Source of the DNA: Pseudomonadota bacterium | GTDB lineage: Bacteria; Desulfobacterota; Binatia; UBA1149 | DNA: 64,000 nt | NCBI GenBank assembly: GCA_014382245.1 | Contig: JACNKC010000048.1 | Span: 2,032 to 66,031, forward strand | Direction of reading: 5' to 3' | Program-made: the position numbers and the translations under genes | The notes under the pieces: generated by a model | What the model saw: the letters and a program-made list of their open reading frames with translations, nothing else | Database searches by the model: none | What the model was told of the DNA's origin: nothing | Shown: positions 1 to 9,421 of the stretch, in pieces | Layout of the letters: every line of letters begins with the position of its first letter | Position numbering within the stretch: the first letter of the stretch is position 1

Positions 1-557
1 TGGATGAAGATAAACCAGCAAGGGTAGCGGTAACTGTCACCGTAAACGGCCGCCGCTTGTCGGCCGAACTTGAGCCACGCACGACGCTCGCCGATTTTCT
101 GCGCGTGGACCTGGGACTCACCGGTACCCACCTGGGCTGTGAGCACGGCGTCTGCGGCGCCTGCACCGTGTTGCTCGATGGGCGCGCGGTGCGCAGCTGT
201 ATAATGCTGGCCGTGCAGGCCGCCGGCCACGAGGTGACCACTATCGAGGCGCTGGCCAACGAGGGCGAGCTGCATCCGCTGCAGCAGGCCTTTGTCGACA
301 AGCACGGTCTGCAGTGCGGCTTCTGTACGCCGGGTTTCATCATGGCCGCCGCCGAGTTGCTCGAGCGCGACCCCGACCCCACCGAGCAGGCGCTGCTCGA
401 AACACTGGGCGGCCAGGTGTGCCGTTGCACGGGTTACGAGGCCATCATCGAGTCGGTGCGCGACGCGGCTGAAAAATTACGCCAGCAAGGCGTGGGCCCG
501 CTCGAGCTTCTGGCCGCGGCCCTCGAAAAGAATGCGGCGCCCGGGGGCGGCGAGTGA
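1..557 (+). CDS. (2Fe-2S)-binding small subunit of a molybdenum hydroxylase (CoxS/xanthine dehydrogenase family), probably 5' partial
   Basis: Has CGACTV...C and QCGFCTPG...CRCTGY cysteine motifs typical of two 2Fe-2S clusters. The frame is open to the window edge (VAVTVTVNGRRL precedes the tracked TTG). Its stop overlaps the start of the large subunit gene. Confidence 0.85.
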   Translation, partial: DEDKPARVAVTVTVNGRRLSAELEPRTTLADFLRVDLGLTGTHLGCEHGVCGACTVLLDGRAVRSCIMLAVQAAGHEVTTIEALANEGELHPLQQAFVDKHGLQCGFCTPGFIMAAAELLERDPDPTEQALLETLGGQVCRCTGYEAIIESVRDAAEKLRQQGVGPLELLAAALEKNAAPGGGE

Positions 558-2965
558 GCGGTAGCATTCCCAACAGTCTCGAGGAGCTGCCGGTAAGCGA
601 GATCCGCTGGATAGGCAAGGGCGTTGAGCGCCTCGAAGACCCGTCGCTGGTGACCGGCCGCACCGAGTTCATCGACAACGTGGTGCTGCCCGGCATGCTT
701 CACTGCGCCATCCTGCGCAGCCCCTACGCCCACGCACGAATCGTTTCGATCGACAGCTCGGCGGCCGAAGAGATGGAGGGCGTGTATGCAGTGATCACCG
801 GCAGCGACGCCGCGCGCCTGACCAACCCGGCCACCACTGCACCCGAGGGCTGGGGCGGCTACTGCCTGGCCCACGAGAAGACCCGCTTCGTGGGCGAGCC
901 CGTTGTTGCGGTGGCGGCAACGAATCGCTACCTGGCCGAGGACGCCCTTGAACTCATCATCGTTGAGTACGAGGAGCTGCCGGTGGTGGCCAACGCGCAA
1001 GCCGCGCTGGCGGCCGACGCGGCGCTGTTGTTCGAGGAACACGGCAGCAACGTGATGCTCCAGCGCAAGTTTACCTGGGGCGAGGTCGACGAGGCGTTTG
1101 ACCAGGCCGACCTCGTGGTCTCAGACGACTACCGCTGGAACCGCCTGGGCGCCAATCCCATGGAGACCTTCGGCTGCGTGGTTGACTGGAACCCGGCCGA
1201 CGACATGCTCACCTGCCGGGGCTCCTTCCAGTCGCAGTCGCACATGGGACTGGCGCGTTCGCTGGTGCTCGGCCTGCCTTCGAACCAGGTGCGCATGATC
1301 AGTCACCCGCACGGCGGCAGCTTCGGTGGCAAGGGCGGGTTTCGAGGCGTGGACATCTGTGCGCTGCTTTCCAAGGCCGCCTCCGGCCGACCGGTGAAGT
1401 GGATGGAAGACCGACTGGAATACCTGCTCGCGGGTGCCGGGCAGAGCTGGGACCGGGAGTACAGGCTGCAGCTGGCACTCAAGAAGGACGGCACCGTGAC
1501 CGGCCTGCGCGTGAAGTTGCTCGACGACATGGGAGGAACCGCCGAGGCTTTCGGCGCCGTGTCGGCAGCCAAGCCGCTGGCCGCTTTCACCGGTTGTTAC
1601 GCCATACAGGCGGCCGAGTACGATCTCACGCTGGTGGCCACCAACAAGATTCCGCAGAGTCCCTACCGCGGCATGGGACCGCCGCCGCACAACTGGGTGC
1701 TCGAGCAGACCATGGACAAGGCCGCGCGCGAGCTGGGGCTGGACCCCGCCGAGATCCGCAGGCGCAACTACATTCCGGCAGACGCGTTTCCCTACACCAT
1801 AGCCAGCGGTAACGAGTACGACTCGGGCAACTACGAGGCCGCGCTGGACGAGCTGCTCAACATGGCTGACTACGAGCGGCTGTGCGCGGAGCGTGACAGC
1901 GCGCAGGCTGAGGGCCGCCTGCTGGGTCTCGGCCTGGCCAACACCATAGAACCAGGCGTGTTTGACTGGAACGCCTACGCCATCGTCGGGCTCGAGAGCA
2001 CCGGCGTGCCCGAGGGCATAACGGTGGCCATCGATGTGATGGGTCGCATAACGGCGCGGCTGGGATTCTCGCTGGAGGGGCAGGGGCAGTACACGCTCGT
2101 GGCGCAGGTGCTGGCCGACTACTTTGCCGTCACTCCGGCCGATGTGAGCATCGTGTACCAGGACTCGCTGTCGGCGCCGCCACACTTCGGGCCGGGTGGC
2201 TCACGACTGGGCGTGGCCATAACCGGCGCCGCGCTGGGAGCCGCGCGCCTGCTCGAGCGCAAGCTGGCCCGCGTTGCCGCGGTGCTGTTGCAGTGCGGCC
2301 CCGACGATGTCGAGCTCATGGACGGTTTCCTGAGGGTGCGTGCCATGCCCGAGGCCAGGATGCACTTTGCCGAGGTGGCCGGCGCCATGCTCGCGCGCAG
2401 CGACCTGCTGCCCGAAGACAGCGACCCGCAGCCACAGGCCACCTACGTGTGGACGGCTCCCGGTCGCACCCCGGCCGACGAACAGGGCCGCGCGAAGAGT
2501 TACCTCACGGCCGCCAACGCCTGCCACCTGGTGAAGGTCGAAGTCGATCGCGACACCGGCACCGTGGATATACTGGGCTACTGGTTGGTCGACGATTGCG
2601 GCACCCGGCTGAACCCGGTCACTGTTGAAGGCCAGACCATGGGCGGCATCGCACAGGGCGTGGGCGCGGCGCTGCTCGAGGAGTACGTGTACGACGAGTC
2701 TGCCCAGCCGTTAACCTCGTCGTTCATGGACTACCTGCTGCCAAGCGTCTACGAGGTTCCGCGGGTAGAAAAAAAGGCACTGACCACCCCGTCGCCGTTT
2801 ACACCCCTGGGCGCCAAGGGCTGCGGCGAGGGCGCCATGCACACCACGCCGGCGGCAATCATGTGCGCCATAAACGACGCGTTGTCGCCGCTGGGCCTGT
2901 CGGCCCGCGAGGTGCCGGCCAGTCCGCGCAGGCTGTGGAAGCTGTTACACGAGAACGCCGATTGA
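554..2965 (+). CDS. Molybdopterin-binding large subunit of the xanthine dehydrogenase/aldehyde oxidase/CoxL family
   Basis: 803 aa, translationally coupled to the 2Fe-2S subunit. Family-typical stretches are SPYAHARI, GGSFGGKG and PYRGMGPP. There is no CSFR-type CODH active-site loop. Confidence 0.85.
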   Translation: MSGSIPNSLEELPVSEIRWIGKGVERLEDPSLVTGRTEFIDNVVLPGMLHCAILRSPYAHARIVSIDSSAAEEMEGVYAVITGSDAARLTNPATTAPEGWGGYCLAHEKTRFVGEPVVAVAATNRYLAEDALELIIVEYEELPVVANAQAALAADAALLFEEHGSNVMLQRKFTWGEVDEAFDQADLVVSDDYRWNRLGANPMETFGCVVDWNPADDMLTCRGSFQSQSHMGLARSLVLGLPSNQVRMISHPHGGSFGGKGGFRGVDICALLSKAASGRPVKWMEDRLEYLLAGAGQSWDREYRLQLALKKDGTVTGLRVKLLDDMGGTAEAFGAVSAAKPLAAFTGCYAIQAAEYDLTLVATNKIPQSPYRGMGPPPHNWVLEQTMDKAARELGLDPAEIRRRNYIPADAFPYTIASGNEYDSGNYEAALDELLNMADYERLCAERDSAQAEGRLLGLGLANTIEPGVFDWNAYAIVGLESTGVPEGITVAIDVMGRITARLGFSLEGQGQYTLVAQVLADYFAVTPADVSIVYQDSLSAPPHFGPGGSRLGVAITGAALGAARLLERKLARVAAVLLQCGPDDVELMDGFLRVRAMPEARMHFAEVAGAMLARSDLLPEDSDPQPQATYVWTAPGRTPADEQGRAKSYLTAANACHLVKVEVDRDTGTVDILGYWLVDDCGTRLNPVTVEGQTMGGIAQGVGAALLEEYVYDESAQPLTSSFMDYLLPSVYEVPRVEKKALTTPSPFTPLGAKGCGEGAMHTTPAAIMCAINDALSPLGLSAREVPASPRRLWKLLHENAD

Positions 2966-2995
2966 GAGAACGCCGATTGAGAGAACGCCAGGATT
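2951..2995. repeat. 15-bp tandem repeat (GAGAACGCCGATTGA x2 plus a diverged third copy) that includes the stop codon of the preceding CDS
   Basis: Direct reading gives gagaacgccgattga gagaacgccgattga gagaacgccaggatt. Confidence 0.85.
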
Positions 2996-3018
2996 AACGA
3001 CTGAAAGGAGACGAAGTC

Positions 3019-4032
3019 ATGCCAGTAGAAAAAGACTACTTCGTGGCGCTCTCGGAGTGCCACTTCATGAACCCCGAATCGATGGAAGAGATGTCCTACT
3101 ACCCGGGCTACGAGCGCTGGTGGAAGAGTATCGACGGGGTCATGCGCGCCTGGGGTGGTGACCGCGACCTGGCGGGTGGTGACGCCATGCCCGAGCCGCG
3201 CGCGCACGCGTTGATAGAGTGGATGGACAAGGCCGAGGTCGACGTCTGTTTTGCACTGCGCGAGTCGATGATGGACGTGGCCGACTACAGCACCTGCATG
3301 TCGACCAACGCCTTCATGCTCAAGGAGATCGAACCCTACCCCGAGCGCATGTACCTCGAGTGCAACTGCGGCCCCATACTCCGGCGCGGAGTCGACAAGG
3401 CGATCTGGGAACTGGAGTACCTGTTCAACGAGCGTAACGCGCGCCTGTGCAAGGTCTACGCGCCAGAGGACGGCCCTCTCAACGACAAGCGGTTGTGGCC
3501 CTTCTACGAAAAGTGTTGCGAGCTGGGCATAGCCATCACCGTGCACACGGGTATGAGCTACGTCTGCCCGCAGCCGAGCAAGTACTCAATGCCTGTATTG
3601 CTCGATGACGTGTGCCTCGACTTTCCGGAACTCAAGGTCATCGCCTATCACATGGGCTGGCCCAACACCGAGGAACTGATCGGCCTGGCCGGCAAGCACG
3701 TCAACCTGTACCTGAGCCTGTCGGGCATTCTCGGCTGGCTGGCGCGCTCGCCCTACCGCGCCTATCACATGATAGGCACCGCGCTGCAGTGGGTCAGTGA
3801 CGAAAAGATCGTCATGGGACTGGACCTCGCGTTTGACGACATGCCGTTGGTGGTCGACTTCATTCGTAACTTCCAGATTCCCGAGCAGCTGCGCGAAGAG
3901 TGGGGTTACAAGGAGATAACCGAGCAGATGCGCGCCAACATGCTGGGGCTCAACCTCGCAAAACTGGCCGGCATAGAGCCGACCCGCCGCGTGGGTAAGG
4001 GCAAGGGCAAACCGGGGGCCCTGTCCTCCTGA
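3019..4032 (+). CDS. Amidohydrolase-2 (TIM-barrel metal-dependent hydrolase/decarboxylase) family protein
   Basis: 337 aa with an AAGGAG-like RBS (gaaaggagacgaagtcATG). HTG, YHMGWP and DLAFDD-type metal-ligand patterns fit the amidohydrolase_2 family. Confidence 0.65.
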   Translation: MPVEKDYFVALSECHFMNPESMEEMSYYPGYERWWKSIDGVMRAWGGDRDLAGGDAMPEPRAHALIEWMDKAEVDVCFALRESMMDVADYSTCMSTNAFMLKEIEPYPERMYLECNCGPILRRGVDKAIWELEYLFNERNARLCKVYAPEDGPLNDKRLWPFYEKCCELGIAITVHTGMSYVCPQPSKYSMPVLLDDVCLDFPELKVIAYHMGWPNTEELIGLAGKHVNLYLSLSGILGWLARSPYRAYHMIGTALQWVSDEKIVMGLDLAFDDMPLVVDFIRNFQIPEQLREEWGYKEITEQMRANMLGLNLAKLAGIEPTRRVGKGKGKPGALSS

Positions 4033-4054
4033 CCGGCCTTCCGGGCGAGCGGCG

Positions 4055-5215
4055 ATGAAAGACAAGGCCTGTATCGTTGGCGTGGGCGCCACCGGGTTCT
4101 GCCGCGGCGAGGGCTCGGGCAAGAGCCTGCACGGGCTGCAACTCGAGGCCGCGCTGACCGCGCTGGCCGATGCTGGCCTGCGGGCGGGGCAGGTGGACGG
4201 CATCATGCCGTTTCCCAACCTGGGTACGGCCGAGGGTTTTGCCGCCAGCCTCGGCTGCGAGAACCTTAGGTTTGCCACCACGGTCAACATGGGCGGCGCG
4301 GCGCCGGTGGCGTCGCTGGGTGTCGCGGCCGCGGCTGTGACATCGGGGCTGGCCGACTACGTGCTCATGCCCGCGGGTTGGAACGGCTACTCGGGATCGC
4401 GGGCTGGCGCCATCGTGCAGGAGATGACGGCTTCGATTCCCGGCGGGGCGATCGCCCGCGACTTCTACCTGCCGCACGGACTGGTGGCTCCCCCGCAGTG
4501 GTACGCGCTCATCGCCCGCCGCCACATGCACGAGTACGGCACCACGGCAGAGCAGCTGGGCGCGGTCGCACTGGCGATGCGCAAGCACGCGCAGCTCAAC
4601 CCGGCCGCCGTCATGCACGACAAGTCGATGACCATGGAGCAGTACCTGGCCTCGCCGATGATCACCGACCCCTACCGCTTGTTCGACTGTTGCCTGGAGA
4701 CCGACGGCGCAGCGGCCTGCGTGGTTACGACCACCGAGCGGGCGCGCGACCTCGCCCGGCCGCCCGTGTACATAAGCGGGGTGGCCTCGGCCCAGCCCTA
4801 TCCGGCCGACGAGATTACCGGCAGGGAAGATATTTTTCGCACCGGGCTCACGGTGGCCGCTCCCCGGGCCTTCGAGATGGCCGGCGTAGAACCGGCGGAC
4901 GCCGATTTTGCCCAGGTGTACGACTGCTTCACCTTCGAGGTCGTCCAGCAGCTCGAAGAAGCCGGCTTCTGCACGCGTGGCGAGGGCGGTGCTTTCGTAG
5001 AGGGCGGGCGCATAGAGCTGGGCGGCGAGCTGCCCGTCAACACCCACGGTGGCCTGTTGAGCGAGGCCCACGTGCTGGGCATGGGCCACGTTGTGGAGGC
5101 CGCGCGGCAGTTGCGCGGCGAAGCAGCCGGGCGGCAGGTGGCCGACGCCAGCCTGGGAGTGGTGACCGGCTGGGGCGATTTCGGCGACGGCTCTATTGCC
5201 GTGTTGAGGAACTGA
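4055..5215 (+). CDS. Thiolase-like protein (SCP-x / lipid-transfer-protein type)
   Basis: 386 aa with thiolase-fold C-terminal motifs (NTHGGLLSEAH, GWGD). It is followed by a DUF35 partner gene. Confidence 0.75.
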   Translation: MKDKACIVGVGATGFCRGEGSGKSLHGLQLEAALTALADAGLRAGQVDGIMPFPNLGTAEGFAASLGCENLRFATTVNMGGAAPVASLGVAAAAVTSGLADYVLMPAGWNGYSGSRAGAIVQEMTASIPGGAIARDFYLPHGLVAPPQWYALIARRHMHEYGTTAEQLGAVALAMRKHAQLNPAAVMHDKSMTMEQYLASPMITDPYRLFDCCLETDGAAACVVTTTERARDLARPPVYISGVASAQPYPADEITGREDIFRTGLTVAAPRAFEMAGVEPADADFAQVYDCFTFEVVQQLEEAGFCTRGEGGAFVEGGRIELGGELPVNTHGGLLSEAHVLGMGHVVEAARQLRGEAAGRQVADASLGVVTGWGDFGDGSIAVLRN

Positions 5216-5221
5216 CAAGCG

Positions 5222-5713
5222 ATGGCTGATTCTGGAAAGAAAAAGGCAGCGGGGCTGCCGCTGCCCTTGATGCAGGGATTGCACGGTGAGTTTTATCGGC
5301 ACTGCGCCGCGGGCCGATTGAGTTTTCAGCGCTGCTCGGACTGCGGCCGCTGGCGCCACGTGCCGCGCGAGATATGCCCGGCCTGCAGCTCGTGGAACTG
5401 GAGCTGGGAGCAGTCGAGCGGGCGCGGCACCGTGTACACTTACACCATCGCTGAGCGCCCCATGCACCCCTCCTTTGCCGAGCGTTGCCCTTACGCCGTG
5501 GCGGTGGTCGAGATGGAAGAAGGCGTGCGCGTGCTGAGCCAGGTCGTTGATTGCCCGCCCTCTGAACTCGAGATCGGCGCGGCAGTGACGGTGGACTATC
5601 TCAGCGTTGGGCCCGAGCGCACCGGCGCCAACGACCGCCAAGGCGAAGAAGCCGGTGACGCGGGAGCTAGCGATTCGGAAGGGATCGTGCTGCCCGTGTT
5701 TCGCCTGGCCTGA
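5222..5713 (+). CDS. DUF35 OB-fold / zinc-ribbon protein, partner of the thiolase-like protein
   Basis: Has a CSDCGRWRHVPREICPAC four-Cys ribbon followed by an OB-fold-like region, and is adjacent to the thiolase-like gene. Confidence 0.7.
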   Translation: MADSGKKKAAGLPLPLMQGLHGEFYRHCAAGRLSFQRCSDCGRWRHVPREICPACSSWNWSWEQSSGRGTVYTYTIAERPMHPSFAERCPYAVAVVEMEEGVRVLSQVVDCPPSELEIGAAVTVDYLSVGPERTGANDRQGEEAGDAGASDSEGIVLPVFRLA

Positions 5714-5743
5714 AGCAGCCGCGCGCTTGATCCTGCCCGCGCG

Positions 5744-8299
5744 TCAGTAAATCCTGAGGTACACCGAGCCGTAGGCCGGTACGGTAACAACCGGCAGCGT
5801 ACTGCCGGCACCCACGCTGAACGAGTCGCTGGGCGTGCGTATGGCGTTCCACAGCAGGTCACGCTTGTTTTGCCACCATGAATCGCTGAGCGCGTCAATC
5901 TGCTGGGTCAAGGTCGAAGTACAGCTGTCCTGTCCCTGCTGGGGGCCGTCGCTCGTATGCCACAGGGTAGAGGTGCTGGTGGACTGGTCTATACGGTGTA
6001 CGTCCACGCGCAGCGAAGAGGCGCAAGGCAGGTTGTCCAGCGTGATACCGACGGTGGCCTCGGTGGATTCCAGGGGCTGGCGTTCTGCCGCAGCCACCAG
6101 GCCAGCGAGCAGGGCGGTTACCTGGTCTGCGGCCAACGAGGGACAGTAAGCGGCCAGGGCCGAGTCGGGGTCCGGGTCGGAAGCGGCCGCCAGGAACTTG
6201 CACTCCAGGCATTCCTTGTAGTCAACGCAGGCGCCGCCCGTCCCCGAACCGCAACCGCAGGCGGCTACGTCGGGGGCCGTGCCGCAGCCGCAGTCGGTGG
6301 GCAGGGCGGTGGGGTCGTAGCCTGCCGCGGTGTAACTGCGCGCAAAGTGATCTTCGTGGTTGCTGTCCATCTGGCCGATGAGCAGGTGCACCACGCCCTC
6401 GGGGTCGGCGGCTGCTATCCAACCCAGGCTGCGGTCGCCCAGCACTTCCTGGTCGCTGCCGAGCAGGCGCCAGTCCATGTGCGACAGGGCCCACAGCACG
6501 CCGGCCTGTGGCTTGGGCAGGCCGTGTCTCGTGACCACGCCCATGCCGTTATCAAACATGTCGCAGGGGGCGAGGTCGCCGCGCTCAAGCAATTCGAACT
6601 GCGAATGCCTGAGGTCGGGGGGTTCGCCCATGTAGCCCGCCAGCATGTAGGCCAGGTAACCCGCGCCGCGGTGGTCGCAGCCGTTACCCGCACTGGAGCC
6701 GCCCAGCGGCGCTTGTATGCCGGGCGTCGAGGGGTCGGCGTCGTCACAAGTGGGTGTGCCCAGCGCTGTAGCCCACTCGTTGATATCGAGCACGGGCGTG
6801 TCCCATCCGACTGGTATCATGGCTCGAAGTTGGCCAATAGTGTCGGCGGCAAACAACAGGCCAGGTTCCTGGCTGTAGTAATGGGCCGACACGAAGTCGA
6901 GGCTTCCGCCGTTGGCGTCGACGGTGTTGAGCAGGGTTTCCAGTGTCGGTGGTCGCGCGGGGTCATTGAAACCCACCTGTCCGTCGATCGTAGACATCGC
7001 CGGGCCCCCGATTTTTATCTCGTCGGCCACGTCTGCGAGCAGGGGGTCGTTGGCGCGCACCAGCTCCAGCACCGCGCGCAGGTTCTCGAAGTAATCGATG
7101 AACAGCGCTTCGGTGTCCGACCCGGGAACAGACGGGTCACCGTTGAAGAGCTGGTCGGGCTCGTTGTAGATCTCGAAGCGACGCACACCCTTCAAGGCGT
7201 AGTGCTGCATCACGCAGGCCCAGTGTTGTTGCCACTCGTTCGAATAAGAGCTGGGTATGACGTAGGGCCAGAACGATTCGCCGGCCGTGCAGCTGCACTG
7301 CCCGGCTACCTCGATCATCTTGCCGTTGGCGGCGCAGTCAGCCGAACATGCCTTGGAGAAGGCCGCTGGTGTCCCCACCAGGGTGAGCAGTACGTCGTCG
7401 CCGGCCTGGGCGAAGTGGTCCACTATGAAGTCCAGCCTCGGCTGGGTATCGCCGGCCGGGTACGCGCATAGCCCGGTAACAGGATCGAGTTCAAACAGGT
7501 TCTCGGGCCAGTGCACCGGGTTGTACCACAGCCGTACCTGGCGGCCAGCTGCCTGGTTGCCGGGACCGAAGACCTCGTCGCTCAGGGTTGGTATGTCCGA
7601 CGACACCACGGTCTGCTGCTGCACGTTGAAGGCCCGCAGGCGCTGGGGAAAGACCTGGCTCGTGGCCAGGTCCAGGGTTATTTCCCTGTCGGTGCTCCCG
7701 GGTGATGCGAGCGAGACCGGCTCGCAACGGTCGGGGCATTTAACCTTGCGATCACTGTTGGTCTTGCATCCGCTGAAGGTAGCTTCAAGGCAGCGTCCCG
7801 AAGAGTCGGTCAGGCGCATGCGGAGTGGCCAGGCCAGCGGCGCGGTCAGCCCCACGAGGTCGGCACCGCGGCCCTTGACGGCCAGCGACTTGTCGCTGCT
7901 CTTGATCGAGTCTACTCCGTCGCTGCTGGAGGGGTCGTCCTTGCCACGGTACTTCCACTTGCGCACCGGGTTGCCCGAACCCTTCCAGCCCGGGGTCGAG
8001 CCTGGGCCCAGGGTGGCAGTGAGCAGCAGTCCGTCCTGGTCAAATAGCTCCACGGTGGTGTCGCCAGCGGTAGGGTCGGCGATGAGCAGGTCTACCAGGC
8101 GGTCCTTTGATTTCCACTGCAGCTTGTTTTTGTCGGGGCGGTCGGCGTCGTACTTGACCGTGAGCTTGGTGGCTTCAATGGCCTCGCACTGGGCGAGCGC
8201 GCAGACGGGGGCCACGAGCAGGGCTATCGCCAGCAGGGCGGTCGTCAAGCTTGAAAGACAGCGGGGTGGTTTCAACTCTACAGCCTGGCCCGTGGACAT
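5744..8299 (-). CDS. Large secreted Cys-rich protein with a probable clan GH-A glycoside hydrolase core
   Basis: Has an N-terminal signal peptide (LLAIALLVAPVCALA). FEIYNEPD (candidate NEP acid/base) is followed roughly 125 residues later by DINEWA (candidate nucleophile). The C-terminal third is Cys-rich (CGCGTAPDVAACGCGSG). Confidence 0.55.
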   Translation of the reverse strand: MSTGQAVELKPPRCLSSLTTALLAIALLVAPVCALAQCEAIEATKLTVKYDADRPDKNKLQWKSKDRLVDLLIADPTAGDTTVELFDQDGLLLTATLGPGSTPGWKGSGNPVRKWKYRGKDDPSSSDGVDSIKSSDKSLAVKGRGADLVGLTAPLAWPLRMRLTDSSGRCLEATFSGCKTNSDRKVKCPDRCEPVSLASPGSTDREITLDLATSQVFPQRLRAFNVQQQTVVSSDIPTLSDEVFGPGNQAAGRQVRLWYNPVHWPENLFELDPVTGLCAYPAGDTQPRLDFIVDHFAQAGDDVLLTLVGTPAAFSKACSADCAANGKMIEVAGQCSCTAGESFWPYVIPSSYSNEWQQHWACVMQHYALKGVRRFEIYNEPDQLFNGDPSVPGSDTEALFIDYFENLRAVLELVRANDPLLADVADEIKIGGPAMSTIDGQVGFNDPARPPTLETLLNTVDANGGSLDFVSAHYYSQEPGLLFAADTIGQLRAMIPVGWDTPVLDINEWATALGTPTCDDADPSTPGIQAPLGGSSAGNGCDHRGAGYLAYMLAGYMGEPPDLRHSQFELLERGDLAPCDMFDNGMGVVTRHGLPKPQAGVLWALSHMDWRLLGSDQEVLGDRSLGWIAAADPEGVVHLLIGQMDSNHEDHFARSYTAAGYDPTALPTDCGCGTAPDVAACGCGSGTGGACVDYKECLECKFLAAASDPDPDSALAAYCPSLAADQVTALLAGLVAAAERQPLESTEATVGITLDNLPCASSLRVDVHRIDQSTSTSTLWHTSDGPQQGQDSCTSTLTQQIDALSDSWWQNKRDLLWNAIRTPSDSFSVGAGSTLPVVTVPAYGSVYLRIY

Positions 8300-8607
8300 G
8301 ATTTCGAGCTTAACGGATAAATTGCAGCCATGTCCAGAGAAACTGCGTTCAGCGAGATATTATTTTAGCTTGTAGCGCGCCGCTTTCGTCAGTCGGGGAA
8401 TAGTATCCCCACCAACATGAAGCCGGCGACCAGAACCAGCATAGTATCCATCGCGTTTGCTCCTGCCCCGAACCTTCCCGCATCCTTTGTCCACCCATAG
8501 GGTGGGTATGGTCAAGGTAGTTTTTTTGTGGCTGGCTACTGCGTTACGCGGCCCGTATGGTCACCTGTAGCGATTTTTTTGGCCGCGGCCACCCGGCGAG
8601 GAGCGAA

Positions 8608-9387
8608 ATGACAGTAAAACTTCCCGACACGTTTAGCTGTGAAAGACACGGCCAGGTGGCCGTGATGACCATCAACCGTCCGGAGGCCATGAACGCCTTT
8701 ACGGCCGACATGCTGCGCGGTATGGACGCCTGCTTTGAGGATTTCAACGAGGACGATGATCTCAGGGTGGCCATTCTTACCGCGGTAGGAGACAAGGCTT
8801 TCTCCTCGGGCATGGATCTCAAGGAAGCCATCCCGATGTTGCAGTCCGGTGACGAGATGGGTTACGAGGACCACAGCAAGCGGCCGTTCTCCGACGTGTT
8901 CAAGCCCATCATTTGTGCCGTCAACGGCTTTTGCATAGCCGGCGGCATGGAGTTTCTGCAGGGTACCGATCTGCGTATCGCTGCCGAGCACGCGACCTTC
9001 GGCCTGGGTGAAGTGCGCTGGGGAATAATTCCGACCGGCGGTTCGCACATAAGGCTGCCCGTGCAGATTCCCTGGGCGGTGGCCATGGAGATGCTGCTAA
9101 CGGGCAAGCCCATAAGCGCCGCGCGTGCCTACGACATAGGGCTGGTCAACAAGGTTGTACCCGCCGACCAGCTCATGGACGAAGCCATGGAACTGGCAGA
9201 GACCATTTGTAGAAACGGTCCCCTGGCCGTGCGCACGGCGAAGGAGATAGCCGTGCGCGCGCTCAACCTGGAGCCTGGCTTCGTGATGGAAAAGGATCTC
9301 GGGCAGCGCGTGATGGACAGCGACGACGCGCGCGAAGGTCCGGCGGCCTTCGCCGAAAAGCGCGCGCCCGTATTCAAGGGACGCTGA
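8608..9387 (+). CDS. Enoyl-CoA hydratase/isomerase (crotonase) family protein
   Basis: Starts at an ATG with a GAGGAG RBS, 17 codons inside the tracked ORF. Has the FSSGMDL oxyanion-hole motif, CIAGGMEF, and a C-terminal EGPAAFAEKRAP. Confidence 0.85.
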   Translation: MTVKLPDTFSCERHGQVAVMTINRPEAMNAFTADMLRGMDACFEDFNEDDDLRVAILTAVGDKAFSSGMDLKEAIPMLQSGDEMGYEDHSKRPFSDVFKPIICAVNGFCIAGGMEFLQGTDLRIAAEHATFGLGEVRWGIIPTGGSHIRLPVQIPWAVAMEMLLTGKPISAARAYDIGLVNKVVPADQLMDEAMELAETICRNGPLAVRTAKEIAVRALNLEPGFVMEKDLGQRVMDSDDAREGPAAFAEKRAPVFKGR

Positions 9388-9421
9388 TTCGCGGCGCGCT
9401 GCCCCGCGCCGCTTCTTGTAC

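Noticed and set aside
554-2965. The possibility that the CoxS/CoxL-like pair is a genuine aerobic CO dehydrogenase.
   Set aside because: The large subunit shows PYRGMG rather than the AYxCSFR active-site loop of form I CODH. No coxM, coxD, coxE or coxF genes are visible in the window. It is better kept as a generic Mo-hydroxylase.
5957-7471. A long (504 aa) plus-strand ORF, plus similar long ORFs such as 1121..2185(-), 3950..5641(-), 16954..18420(+), 28925..30859(+), 35998..37263(+), 39542..40711(-), 43387..44472(-), 55281..56345(-) and 59301..60926(-).
   Set aside because: They lie antisense to or out of frame with ORFs that have clear family signatures. Their products are Arg/Ala/Gly/Pro-rich low-complexity strings with no motifs. 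This is typical stop-codon-poor shadow reading of high-GC DNA.
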